A DNA stretch of 55,236 nt from a virus. Its lineage: Duplodnaviria; Caudoviricetes. The DNA lies in the IMG/VR virus record IMGVR_UViG_3300028802_000019, positions 1-55,236 of that record; one strand, 5' to 3'. The position numbers and the translations under genes were made by a program. The notes under the pieces were generated by a model that made no database searches, was not told the origin of the DNA, and saw only the letters and a list, made by a program, of their open reading frames with translations. Position 1 is the first letter of the stretch; each line of letters begins with the position of its first letter. Shown piece after piece: positions 8,495 to 17,672 of the stretch.

Positions 8495-9154
8495 ATGGAC
8501 AAGCCAGTCAGCCAGATGACACCCAACGAGCACGTGCGCCACATGCAAGAGCAGCGCATCCTCGACAACATCGAGCGCCAGCAGCGCTTCCAAGCGGTTC
8601 CCTACCAGGGATCGCAGCAGCCGTACTCATCCTCGGGGATCGCACCTCGATCGAACGGGCAGCCGTACTTCACGCCAGGCGGCTTCCACGACGCCAAGGA
8701 AGGCGTGCTGGCGGCGGTCTTCGCCCCGGTCATGTACGCCTGCTTCATGGCCGCAGGGCGCCAGGGCGCCTCGTACGGCAAGGCCTTCGCTCACGCCATG
8801 AGCATGGTCATGCTGTGGAAGACGTGGGCCTTCACGATCCTCTACTGGTTCGTCAGCGGCGCCTGCATCTGGTTCTGGATGGGCGCCGAGGCCAACCAGG
8901 GCGACCCGGCAACGCACTTCACCACGGGCAAGGACGTCAGCTTCCAGGCCCACCTGCTCGTGCTCCACGCATTGCTCTTGCTGCCCGCCATCCTGCTGCC
9001 CTACTGTCACCACGTCGATAGCTCGTTCTTCAAGCAGCGGGCGGTCTACACCATCCTGAAGCCGATCCACATGGTGACCTCATGGATCCCATGGTTCGTG
9101 TTGCAGAGCCTGGTGCTGTTGCCGCTGCTGTTCATCATCCAGTACAGGTGGTGA
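8495..9154 (+). CDS. Multi-pass membrane protein
   Basis: About four hydrophobic segments; start moved to ATG 8495 after the RBS. Confidence 0.7.
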   Translation: MDKPVSQMTPNEHVRHMQEQRILDNIERQQRFQAVPYQGSQQPYSSSGIAPRSNGQPYFTPGGFHDAKEGVLAAVFAPVMYACFMAAGRQGASYGKAFAHAMSMVMLWKTWAFTILYWFVSGACIWFWMGAEANQGDPATHFTTGKDVSFQAHLLVLHALLLLPAILLPYCHHVDSSFFKQRAVYTILKPIHMVTSWIPWFVLQSLVLLPLLFIIQYRW

Positions 9155-9195
9155 TGAGTCCTGGCTATGCTGACACAACAAGGGAGTTGTGATAC

Positions 9196-9600
9196 ATGGC
9201 TGAGAGACTCAAAGAGTTCGACTTCAAGTCGGCGTCCAAGCTGACCACGGCACCCAAGGGTGAGTACCCCTGGGACGAGTGGTTCAGCGGAGACATCTGG
9301 CTGCTGACCGAGGGAGTGGACTTCCAGGGGCATCCGTTGATGATGGAGCGCGTGATCCGCACGAGCGCCACCAACCGCAAGGCCAAGGTGAACATGCGCC
9401 ACATCGCCATGAACGGCGAGCCGTGGGGACAGATCGTCCTTCAGCGCAACGACATCATCGGGCCGATGGCGGCGAAGAAAGCCGAGCGCTCTGCCGCTCG
9501 TGCCGCCAAGAGGGCGCCCAAGGCGGCTCCCGCCAAGGCCAAGGTCAACGGGGCTGCGGTGAAGCGCCCGTCGAAGCGGCCTGCTCGCGCAAGTGCGTGA
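9196..9600 (+). CDS. Putative DNA-binding protein with Lys/Ala-rich tail
   Basis: YPWDEWF motif plus a histone-H1-like AAKKAERSAARAAKRAPKAAPAK tail; GGGAG RBS. Confidence 0.65.
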   Translation: MAERLKEFDFKSASKLTTAPKGEYPWDEWFSGDIWLLTEGVDFQGHPLMMERVIRTSATNRKAKVNMRHIAMNGEPWGQIVLQRNDIIGPMAAKKAERSAARAAKRAPKAAPAKAKVNGAAVKRPSKRPARASA

Positions 9601-9805
9601 GACAGCCGTCGCGCCACTCGACCGCTTCCTCCATCGTGGCGAACGTGCCTGAGTAGTAGCGCTCGCCCTTGACCTGTAGCTGGACGAACCAGGCGTTGCC
9701 CCACGACGTCCTGTAGACGCTGCGCGGGTGGGGATATCGCTGTGACGAACGGGGATAACTCGTATCCCCGCTGTCTGCCTCGCTGCTGGCAGCTTCAGAG
9801 GACAC
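9545..9805 (-). CDS. Stand-alone AP2-like DNA-binding domain protein
   Basis: PRSVYRTSWGNAWFVQLQVKGERYYSGTFATMEEAVEWRD fits the AP2 domain pattern. Confidence 0.6.
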   Translation of the reverse strand: MSSEAASSEADSGDTSYPRSSQRYPHPRSVYRTSWGNAWFVQLQVKGERYYSGTFATMEEAVEWRDGCLTHLREQAASTGASPQPR

Positions 9806-9808
9806 CGA

Positions 9809-9910
9809 TCAGGTGCCCGTTGTCGGCCACGTCGTCCAGTAGACGACGTGGGCGTTGCCACTCACCGGCCAGCGCGTCCAGTAGACGACGTGAGCGCTAC
9901 CGCTGCTCAC
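9809..9910 (-). CDS. 33-aa tandem-repeat peptide (not in ORF track)
   Basis: GTGA overlap with the upstream stop; MSSGSAHVVYWTRWPVSGNAHVVYWTTWPTTGT; 29 of 33 codons end in G/C by hand count. Confidence 0.5.
   Translation of the reverse strand: MSSGSAHVVYWTRWPVSGNAHVVYWTTWPTTGT
9833..9892. repeat. 18-bp direct repeat with 42-bp period; the first copy overlaps a 10-bp hairpin
   Basis: CGTCCAGTAGACGACGTG at 9833-9850 and 9875-9892; CCACGTCGTC-cagta-GACGACGTGG. Confidence 0.85.
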
Positions 9911-11292
9911 TCGTCCTCGGTCATCTCAGCGATGATCTCGTCGGAGGTCACGGGCGTCTCCAACATCGTGGCGTTCTGGCCCACCTGAGCGCCGAACAGC
10001 CTGCTCAGCACACCCATACCCGCCTTTGCGTCCCCCTTGGAGTCCACGGTGATCTTCAGGGAGTCGCGACTGTCCTCGATGTTGCGCCAGCGCTCCACCA
10101 TCGAGAACAGGCGGTCCATCTCCTTGCCCAACTCGGGGGAGTGCTCGCCCTGGACCTCTTCCCCGAAGCGGCCCATCAGGATGCGCTGGGTCTGGATCTC
10201 GGTGATGGCCCGGAGCACGCCCACAAGCTGGGTCTTGGTCTTGATCTCGACCGGGATCTGGTAGCTGCACGGGCTGTTCGGAGTGAACATCGGGCAGCCG
10301 ATGGCGAGGGTGCAGGTGTTGCACTGGCGCAGGCTCTCGGGGGTCACCGAGATCACCGGCAGGGTGATGTCCACCTCGTTGCCGTCCTCGTCGGTGCGGG
10401 TCTCCGAGGCGCTGCTGGTGCCCATCACTGGCAGCAGGTGGTGCCGGGTTAGAGGGGTCGGTCTGGCAACTCCTGGATTGATCGGGACCACATTGTGGGG
10501 CATCGAGGTCGGACGATTGGCAACTTCAGAATCGCTGGCCGGAACGACCGCAGTTGACAGTCCGCGCACCAGGTGGCGCTCCAGGGCGAGCCACGAGAAG
10601 ACGGCCAGACGGAGCAACTCGTCCATGTCGTCGTCCAGGATCTTGGCCACGTCCACGCCGAGGGCGTCGATCGAGGAGGCGTACTTCTCCCGCTTGATGC
10701 GCTTGTCGTCGGCGTTCAGGCGCAGCAGCCGGTTGGCAGCCCATACCTGGGTTTCGCCGTACTTCTGCACGTTCCACCAAGCACTCGATACCAACGTATC
10801 GAACCGCTCTATGCCCTTGGAACGGCCGGTGATCGCCGCCAACTGGCCGAGCTTGTTGATCGAGGCCCGAGCTTGACGCACCGCCACGGGGTTGTCCACC
10901 ACCGCATCGGGCAGGGTCACGCCGTCGTAGTTCTCGGTGTAGTCACGCAGGATCGTGGGATCGACAGCGTCCCAAACCGGCAGGAAGAGCAGGTCGGTGT
11001 TGGCCAGCCAGGTGCCCTCGTACCAAGTGATCGGGCCGGTGACTATCTCGGGCTGCACTTCAGCGCCCTGGAGCACCTCCAGAGCCGGGTCAGCAGGGAC
11101 TTGGGGGCTATCGGCATAGAGCACCCATTCCATGTTGGACAGGCGCTTGGACGAGGCCCACTTGCCGAGATTCTCGGAGTTGTTAGTAGCCCGCACGAGG
11201 TTGTGCGTGTTGACGGCTATCCGCTCAACTCCGCACTCCTTCAGGATCGACAGATGGCTGGATACCTCGGCTCCTGCGAAGTAAAGCTGCAC
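9907..11292 (-). CDS. Hypothetical protein with alpha/beta N-domain and C-terminal 4-Cys metal-binding domain
   Basis: MQLYFAG start; CNTCTLAIGCPMF..CSY followed by a helical C-terminus. Confidence 0.7.
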   Translation of the reverse strand: MQLYFAGAEVSSHLSILKECGVERIAVNTHNLVRATNNSENLGKWASSKRLSNMEWVLYADSPQVPADPALEVLQGAEVQPEIVTGPITWYEGTWLANTDLLFLPVWDAVDPTILRDYTENYDGVTLPDAVVDNPVAVRQARASINKLGQLAAITGRSKGIERFDTLVSSAWWNVQKYGETQVWAANRLLRLNADDKRIKREKYASSIDALGVDVAKILDDDMDELLRLAVFSWLALERHLVRGLSTAVVPASDSEVANRPTSMPHNVVPINPGVARPTPLTRHHLLPVMGTSSASETRTDEDGNEVDITLPVISVTPESLRQCNTCTLAIGCPMFTPNSPCSYQIPVEIKTKTQLVGVLRAITEIQTQRILMGRFGEEVQGEHSPELGKEMDRLFSMVERWRNIEDSRDSLKITVDSKGDAKAGMGVLSRLFGAQVGQNATMLETPVTSDEIIAEMTEDE

Positions 11293-11952
11293 TCAGGCGC
11301 CCGTCCCCGTCGCGCTCCCGCCCCACATCGGCCCGGACGGACTCTCGTCCTGCATGGAGTACGCCGACAGCATCGAGATGGCCTCGTTCCCCTGCGCCCG
11401 CCGTTGCCGCGCCCGCTCGTTGCGCTTGTCCATCTTCGCCCGCTGCTCGGGGGAGATCACCCGTTCTGTCTTGGCCGCAGCCTCTGGCTCCATGGTCGGC
11501 GTCGGTGTCGTTGGCTCCACAGTGGTGGCCTCTTCCTCGGCAGGCTCGTTGCGCCACGAGCGCATGCCCTCGATCTTCGCTGCTGAGTCAGCCTTGGCTG
11601 TCTGATCGTTCATCGCCCGTCCCAGTGCTCGTCGCTTGCGCCCGTCATCGACCCTGCCCTTGATCCTCTTCACGACGGCGTGGGAGTAGGGGTCGAGGCC
11701 CGAACCGTGACGATCGACGTCGATCATCTGGTGGTTGCGCCAGTCCTCACCCAGGCGCCCACCAGCCCCACCACCCATCCACTCGGCACGACGGTCGGAG
11801 ACAGCGCCGCGCAGCGGCCCGCCCGTGTACTCCTTCTCCCAGAACGAGCGCTGCGTATTGCGCAGCCGGGACGTGGTGTCCTTGGGATCGACCTGACGTA
11901 CGCCGACTCGTGACTGGTACCAGCGTTCGGCAGCTTCCTCATCGAAGGCCAT
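11293..11952 (-). CDS. Hypothetical charged protein
   Basis: Translationally coupled with both neighbours. Confidence 0.65.
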   Translation of the reverse strand: MAFDEEAAERWYQSRVGVRQVDPKDTTSRLRNTQRSFWEKEYTGGPLRGAVSDRRAEWMGGGAGGRLGEDWRNHQMIDVDRHGSGLDPYSHAVVKRIKGRVDDGRKRRALGRAMNDQTAKADSAAKIEGMRSWRNEPAEEEATTVEPTTPTPTMEPEAAAKTERVISPEQRAKMDKRNERARQRRAQGNEAISMLSAYSMQDESPSGPMWGGSATGTGA

Positions 11953-13244
11953 CAGCGCCTCCCTGCTGTCTCGTAGATGCTCTGCGGGTCATAGATGCCC
12001 CGCTGGAACTGGTCCAGGCGCCCAACGCGGAAGTCGGACTCGACGTACTGCTCCTCGCTGGTGCCGAGGCGCTGAGGCCGAGAGGCGCCAGAGGGGAATG
12101 CGGGCATCGAGCCGGTCGGGGCATAGTTGACGAAGCCGCCCTCGCCATACGTGGGTACGGGCGCCTTGGGCTTCTTCTCCTCGGTCTTGTTCTCGCCCAA
12201 CTCGTCGCTGATCTTCTTGGCGCCTCGGAGCGTGCGGTACCCGGCCCGCAGCGCCTCGATGTCAGCGCCGGTCATCCCGGCCTTCTTGGCTGCCCAAGCC
12301 TGGGGGTTCTTCTCGATCTGGTACAGGTTCTCACCGGCCCGACCGGCCGTGCCGACAGCGTTGACGTGGCCGATGTTGGCTTGGCCGCGATGGACGGCGT
12401 AGGCACTCTGAGCGAACCGGCCACCGGCCTGGCCCGCTGTCACCGAGGGGGCGAACTTGCTGCCACGGATGACGTCACCGACCATCTCCCGAGCGAGGCC
12501 GGGGGCGTTGCCTTCGAACGATGCCGCCAGGCTGGCGCGTCCACGAGCGACGTAGCCCAACTCGTTGCCGGTGATCGCCTGGCGCGCCCGAGCGAACTGG
12601 CGAGGCATGAACTCGGCCACGTCGGTGACCTTCTCAGCAGTGCGCCCGATCAGGCTCGTGGCCTCGCTGACGGCCTCGCCAGCGCGCACACCCGACAGTG
12701 CCGCACGTTCGGCACGAGCGGCCTTCCAGGCCGTCTCAGAGGCCGCCATGGCCGCTCCAGCGGCCCGTGCGCCCCGTGAGAGCGCCCCGACCTCCTCGAT
12801 GCCCTTGGCGGCTCTGACGGCACCGATACCGGCCCGTGCGCCCTCCCCGAGCTTGGCGATCCAGGCTGCCCCGGCACCGCCGCCCGTGAGTGTGGTGGCT
12901 GCGAGCAGACCGAGGTTGATGGCCAGGTTCTTGGGGTCGAGCAGTTCCTCCTTGACGATGTGGCGTCCGACTTCGAAGGCCATGTCCCAGGACTGACCGG
13001 GGTGCTGGGCGATGAAGCTCCCGGCCGCTCCGATGCCGTGCTGGATGTCGTCCCAGTGGTGCGGATCGAGCGCCCACCCGGCGCCCTGGGCAACGGTGCC
13101 GACCGTGTTGCCGACTGCCTCCACGCCGTGGACGAGGCCGGTGGCGGCGCTTCCAACGCCATGCACAGCAGCCCCAGCGAGGTCTTCGATGTCCTCGGGT
13201 ACGAGGGCATCACCGATGCCTCCAAGAAAGTCACCTAGACCCAT
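11952..13244 (-). CDS. Gly/Ala-rich putative virion or ejection protein
   Basis: MGLGDFLGGIGD..., with a hydrophobic LAINLGLLAATTLTGGGAGAAW segment. Confidence 0.6.
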   Translation of the reverse strand: MGLGDFLGGIGDALVPEDIEDLAGAAVHGVGSAATGLVHGVEAVGNTVGTVAQGAGWALDPHHWDDIQHGIGAAGSFIAQHPGQSWDMAFEVGRHIVKEELLDPKNLAINLGLLAATTLTGGGAGAAWIAKLGEGARAGIGAVRAAKGIEEVGALSRGARAAGAAMAASETAWKAARAERAALSGVRAGEAVSEATSLIGRTAEKVTDVAEFMPRQFARARQAITGNELGYVARGRASLAASFEGNAPGLAREMVGDVIRGSKFAPSVTAGQAGGRFAQSAYAVHRGQANIGHVNAVGTAGRAGENLYQIEKNPQAWAAKKAGMTGADIEALRAGYRTLRGAKKISDELGENKTEEKKPKAPVPTYGEGGFVNYAPTGSMPAFPSGASRPQRLGTSEEQYVESDFRVGRLDQFQRGIYDPQSIYETAGRR

Positions 13245-13247
13245 GGT

Positions 13248-13700
13248 TCAGTCCTTCCAGGGAACGCTGTCGTCAATGGTACTCACAACGTCAGACCAGG
13301 CCCGAGGTGCCGCTACTTCCCTCCAGCCAGGCGGCATAGCCGGGTATGACAGAGCCATAGTTGTGACCCCCATCGCCCTCACCTCGTCGCATACGTAGCC
13401 GTTGGTGTCGATGTAGGCGAAGACCTCCCAGCCATCGGCAAGGAAGCCGCGCATCTGATCGACACGCCAGTGATCCCAGGTATGGAGATTGTCGGGGTAT
13501 GACAAGACCGAGGACCAGCCGTTGAAGTGCTCCCGCTTCAACCACCACTTGGCGATCTCGGGGTCGGCCCTCGTCAGGGCGATCATGTTGTTGGTCAGGT
13601 GGAGGCCGTCGTAGAGCGCCTTGGCGATCTTGGTCGGCTGGGCGTTCCGTAGGTCGTCGCCTCGGGCGAGCACGCCTTCGACAACGACGACGGCGATCAT
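13248..13700 (-). CDS. Degenerate HAD-fold protein
   Basis: MIAVVVVEGVLA resembles hhhDhDGhL without the first Asp; also IALTR and AYIDTN; ATGA overlap at 13700. Confidence 0.55.
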   Translation of the reverse strand: MIAVVVVEGVLARGDDLRNAQPTKIAKALYDGLHLTNNMIALTRADPEIAKWWLKREHFNGWSSVLSYPDNLHTWDHWRVDQMRGFLADGWEVFAYIDTNGYVCDEVRAMGVTTMALSYPAMPPGWREVAAPRAWSDVVSTIDDSVPWKD

Positions 13701-15391
13701 GTCGGCACGACTGGCTTCCACGCCTGGAGGGCTTCATCCCATTCCACGAGCGTGTCATCGAGCGGCTTCCACGTCTTGGTGGCGTCGTCCCACTCCATCG
13801 GCATGTTGCCCCCGCCGTCACCGGAGTACCACACGCCGTCGCGGGTGTTGAAGCGCAGCACGTTGTCATACAGCGGTACGCGCACACCGGCACAAGCAGC
13901 GTCGATCGCCGGTCGGGCAGCGGGGATGACGACTCCGGTGATCTGAGCGCTGAAGGTGTCAGGCGCCCACGGTCCCGCCAATCCCTGGTTGTCGGCGTTG
14001 GGGAACTGCCAGGTGGTTCCAAAGGGCAGCCCGGTGATCGGGCGCACCTTGGAGAGCAGGTTGCGCTGCTTCCAACCGAGGTCGTTGTCAGCGGTGAGCG
14101 CAGGGACGCCGGTCGCCGGGGGCACGATGTCCTGGAGGTTCCAGTGGGCGTAGCCGTAGCTGACCACCTGGATCTTGACGCCAGCGGTGGCCGTCGAAGG
14201 TTGATCGATGGTTGACCAGTCGAAGCTGGCGTTGCGCAGCGCCGACACCTTGACGAGTCGCACCAGACCCTGGGTCGGGATGTAGTACGGCACAGAGCAC
14301 GCCGTGGTGCATTGCGGCCCGCCTGCTGGCTGGTTGGGCCTCCAGTCGTACGAGACGTTCTGGGTGTCACCGTGACGCACGAAGGCGAAGAAGGGGACGG
14401 TGATCCGGTCCTTGCCCGCATCGATCGCCGTGCGGATCTCACGGGCCACGAAGCTGCGGAACATGTCGAAGTCGAAGTCCGGGGGCAGCGGCGCCCTGTT
14501 GTCAACGCTCAGGCCTTCGTGGGCATCGACCCACAGCACCCAGTCGTTGTTGTCGAACACGAGGGCGTCCTCGTTGTCGCGAGCGAACTGCTCGGCGTCA
14601 GCGAACTGGCGCTTGCGGAAGCCAACGTGGTCATCGAAGTAGGAGCGACCGGTGTTCGTCTTGTAGTTGACGAAGGGGAACGACTTGGTCCAGTCGATGA
14701 TCCAGTAGCGAGGGTCGCCGTAGTTGACGTCGGTGATGAACACGTCGTCAGCGAACCACTGGGTCCAGCGCACGCTCTTGCCGATGTCGAACTCCAGGTC
14801 ACCGAACTGAGCGCCGACGAGGGCGTGGATCACGGCCTCCTGGGTGGCCGTCAGGGCCGGTGGCTGCGTGGTCGAGCCGGTGCCGATCGGGAGGAAGTAC
14901 TCGCTGGTCGAGGGGTAGGGCAGGTTGACCGTGCCGGGGAGGACACGGAAGTTGGAGAACGAGACGCTGACCGACGAGATCGTGTTGAACTGTTCGAAGA
15001 AGATGTCACCGAAGGTCGGCGCCGCCGCCATCGTCACCGTCTCTTCCAAGGCCGTGTATGCCGTGCCGTCGCGGCTGTAGTAGCCGGTGACCAGCTTGGT
15101 GGCGGCGGTGTACATGAGCACCAAGGTGAGCGGGGCGACCGGCAGGTCCACGCTGATGCTGTTGAGCGGTTCGTCAGCGAGGTACTCACCGAGATAGAGC
15201 CGCACCGTCTCGGAGCCGTTGCGCAGCCGCAGTCCGTAGACGCCTGAGGTCGGTATGCCCTCGGCGGTCGCTATGACAGCGGCGTCACCGGCCGAGATCG
15301 CCTTGCTGGCGGTGATCGTGCCCGGTGGTGGATCGGGCGAGGTGTAGACGAGATCCCAGACGTCGGTGAGCGGGTAGAAGTTGGCGCTCAC
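13697..15391 (-). CDS. Putative virion protein with beta-sandwich N-domain and GT-A (GT2-like) region
   Basis: GTGA-coupled start at 15391; DWVLWVDAHE resembles the GT2 DWhhxhDxDE motif. Confidence 0.55.
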   Translation of the reverse strand: MSANFYPLTDVWDLVYTSPDPPPGTITASKAISAGDAAVIATAEGIPTSGVYGLRLRNGSETVRLYLGEYLADEPLNSISVDLPVAPLTLVLMYTAATKLVTGYYSRDGTAYTALEETVTMAAAPTFGDIFFEQFNTISSVSVSFSNFRVLPGTVNLPYPSTSEYFLPIGTGSTTQPPALTATQEAVIHALVGAQFGDLEFDIGKSVRWTQWFADDVFITDVNYGDPRYWIIDWTKSFPFVNYKTNTGRSYFDDHVGFRKRQFADAEQFARDNEDALVFDNNDWVLWVDAHEGLSVDNRAPLPPDFDFDMFRSFVAREIRTAIDAGKDRITVPFFAFVRHGDTQNVSYDWRPNQPAGGPQCTTACSVPYYIPTQGLVRLVKVSALRNASFDWSTIDQPSTATAGVKIQVVSYGYAHWNLQDIVPPATGVPALTADNDLGWKQRNLLSKVRPITGLPFGTTWQFPNADNQGLAGPWAPDTFSAQITGVVIPAARPAIDAACAGVRVPLYDNVLRFNTRDGVWYSGDGGGNMPMEWDDATKTWKPLDDTLVEWDEALQAWKPVVPT

Positions 15392-15963
15392 TTGTACATG
15401 CCCTTGCGTCGTCGGATCTCCGGGATGACGTAGGCCTGCTGGTAGGGACACTGCCAGCAGAGGTACTGACGAAGCTCCAGGGGCACCTTGTGGACCTTGC
15501 CGTCATCGTCGCGGTAGCTGGACTTCCCGATCATCTTGGAGTCGTCCATGTAGTCGGGGCAACCGGTGTCGGTGGTGGGATTGCCGTGGGCGTTGTAGCA
15601 AGCGATGGCGCCCTCGCGGTAGGTGTCCCGGTCCTCGTACCATTCGTCAGTTGCCTCCTGTAGCTCCTTGCGGATCTTGGTCACGACATCAACGGAGTCC
15701 CAGGTCTTCTGATCGATGCCGTAGACCTGGATCTGGCCATGCACGGCGGCGTTGTCATCGAGGCCGTGCTGGTGCTTGGTGATGAAGTCCTCCAGCATCG
15801 GGTCGTAGGCCGGGACCATCACGGCGTAGCCCTTGTCGTCGGTGTAGGTGTACTCCTCGCCCGACTCCCATTGCAGGCGCGCTGGGACCATCGGCGTCTT
15901 CGGTGGGACGTCGGGGAACCGCTGGAGGACGTGACAGACGTGGCAGGTGGCGAGGCGTGGCAT
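15388..15963 (-). CDS. Hypothetical Zn-binding protein
   Basis: CHVC..H.H and C..H..C..CWQCP. Confidence 0.7.
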   Translation of the reverse strand: MPRLATCHVCHVLQRFPDVPPKTPMVPARLQWESGEEYTYTDDKGYAVMVPAYDPMLEDFITKHQHGLDDNAAVHGQIQVYGIDQKTWDSVDVVTKIRKELQEATDEWYEDRDTYREGAIACYNAHGNPTTDTGCPDYMDDSKMIGKSSYRDDDGKVHKVPLELRQYLCWQCPYQQAYVIPEIRRRKGMYK

Positions 15964-16607
15964 CAGAACAGCGTGCCCTGCTCAGGCTCCGGTTCCGCCT
16001 CACGCTTGCGCTTGCGACCGCTGAAGACACGCTGGACGGCGCGGCTCATCTGGTCGGGGGAGAACTTGTCGAGGGCGCTGACCCGCTGGCCGCGCTCGTT
16101 GTAGCGAGGACTCGACCACTGACCCATGTAGGCGCCCTCGTACGCCCCGCTCAGGCTCTGTCGCGCCTCGTTCTCGGCTCCGACCATCACCCCGGCGTTG
16201 GCGTTCATGTTGGGGTTGTCCGGGTGCGGCTTGATCAGCCCCCGCCGAACGGCGGCGCGGGACATCCGAGCACCCTGTGCTGTCAGGGTGCTATCAGCCA
16301 CCGGGGTCAGTCCGTGCTCCTCCGACAGCGCCGCTATGAGGAGGTGGGGCGCCGCCATGCGCCGACCGGCGCCGGTCGCCAGCGCCCACGACACCTTGGA
16401 CGGCTCGTGACGGATCGGGAGTTGGGTCTGACCGGTCACGTCGGTGAACACCGTGTCCGGGTTGTCCTCCTCGGGGCGCACGAAGGACCGTGGCCTGGTG
16501 AGCGATACCTGGGCTATGACGTCCCTCTTGTCATAGTCAACGGCGAAGGCGTGGAACGTCTTGCTGTGCGTCACGTGTTCGAACTGGACACCCATGTGGC
16601 CGGTCAT
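15963..16607 (-). CDS. Hypothetical protein
   Basis: Coupled overlaps on both sides; C-terminal QGTLF. Confidence 0.65.
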   Translation of the reverse strand: MTGHMGVQFEHVTHSKTFHAFAVDYDKRDVIAQVSLTRPRSFVRPEEDNPDTVFTDVTGQTQLPIRHEPSKVSWALATGAGRRMAAPHLLIAALSEEHGLTPVADSTLTAQGARMSRAAVRRGLIKPHPDNPNMNANAGVMVGAENEARQSLSGAYEGAYMGQWSSPRYNERGQRVSALDKFSPDQMSRAVQRVFSGRKRKREAEPEPEQGTLF

Positions 16608-16813
16608 CGCGGCCTCGCGTAGACGTTCTTCTGGCGCTTCATCTCGCCCTGCTTGTCGGTGTAGTGACCGGTGGTGCAGGTGAACTCACCGCTCTCACTA
16701 CGCCGGAAGTTCTTGCGGTTGGCCGAGGTATAGCCGCACTCGGCGCATACATGGGTTTCCGCCTCGACTCCCAGCCCGTAGCTGAAAGCGTCGAGGCGCC
16801 GCTTGGCGGTCAT
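16604..16813 (-). CDS. Small Zn-ribbon protein
   Basis: CAECG...CTTGH. Confidence 0.65.
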   Translation of the reverse strand: MTAKRRLDAFSYGLGVEAETHVCAECGYTSANRKNFRRSESGEFTCTTGHYTDKQGEMKRQKNVYARPR

Positions 16814-16816
16814 GGC

Positions 16817-17062
16817 TCAGTAGCGCTCTTCGCCCAATCCCTCGGCACCGCGCCGCTCCCTGGGCAGCGGCAGGCGACGCAGGTGCGCCTCGGTGAACGG
16901 GGGATCCTCGTGCTCCTCGGCCTGGGTGTAGCTCGGCCAGTCCATGCGGTTGAGGGGCGGGTTCTCGATGTTGCCCCGATTGGGGCACAACTGGATGTAC
17001 GTGCTGTCGATCTGACCCTGGGTGAAGTCAGCGATCATGCTGCGACTGTCATTGACGGCCAT
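16817..17062 (-). CDS. Small hypothetical (putative virion) protein
   Basis: ATG 17062 after GAGG; MAVNDSRSM. Confidence 0.6.
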   Translation of the reverse strand: MAVNDSRSMIADFTQGQIDSTYIQLCPNRGNIENPPLNRMDWPSYTQAEEHEDPPFTEAHLRRLPLPRERRGAEGLGEERY

Positions 17063-17066
17063 TGTG

Positions 17067-17240
17067 TTACCTCGGACGTTCTGCCTGGAGATGGCCTTTC
17101 GGACGCTCGGATGGGTGTCCGGTCCAAACCTTACGCGGTGTCTCCTCACCCTCCAGGCGGATGGTGGGGGTATGGCCCTTCTGGCGTGTCTGCTTCATGC
17201 CGGGAGTCATCTTGACTGTGAACTGATCAGGGTTGAGCAC
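17067..17240 (-). CDS. 57-aa hypothetical protein (not in ORF track)
   Basis: GTG 17240: MLNPDQFTVKMTPGMKQTRQKGHTPTIRLEGEETPRKVWTGHPSERPKGHLQAERPR; fills the gap. Confidence 0.5.
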   Translation of the reverse strand: MLNPDQFTVKMTPGMKQTRQKGHTPTIRLEGEETPRKVWTGHPSERPKGHLQAERPR

Positions 17241-17249
17241 GAGCGCCCC

Positions 17250-17654
17250 CTACCCGGCCATGTTGGGTGAGGCGTTGAAGCCTCGGAGGGTGCCCGACCA
17301 CATGTCCTCGATCTGGTCCACGCGGCGGGGCTGGAGCGGGGTGCCGGATACCCAGCTACGGATCTGCGGTGACCACCGGTCGGTGTCAAGAACGTCCTCG
17401 ATGGTCAGGGGGACGTCGTTGTAGCCCATGGTGGGCGGGAACAGTTGCTGAGGCACTACGGGACGGGTCTGGCGGATCACGTCGGCTGGTACCGACATCA
17501 ACCGCAGCGCCTCGGAGACGACGTACTCGTTCTTCGTCGTGAACGGGCGCGGCTGCCAGGGGTTCTGGCGGGTGCCGTCGTCGTAGACCTGGACCCCGCC
17601 AGGTGAGTGGCCGGATGCCGGGTCGAAGACCTCTCTATCAACTCGGATGGCCAC
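17250..17654 (-). CDS. Hypothetical protein
   Basis: In operon; high GC3. Confidence 0.65.
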   Translation of the reverse strand: MAIRVDREVFDPASGHSPGGVQVYDDGTRQNPWQPRPFTTKNEYVVSEALRLMSVPADVIRQTRPVVPQQLFPPTMGYNDVPLTIEDVLDTDRWSPQIRSWVSGTPLQPRRVDQIEDMWSGTLRGFNASPNMAG

Positions 17655-17672
17655 TCACGCCTGCGGTTCAGA

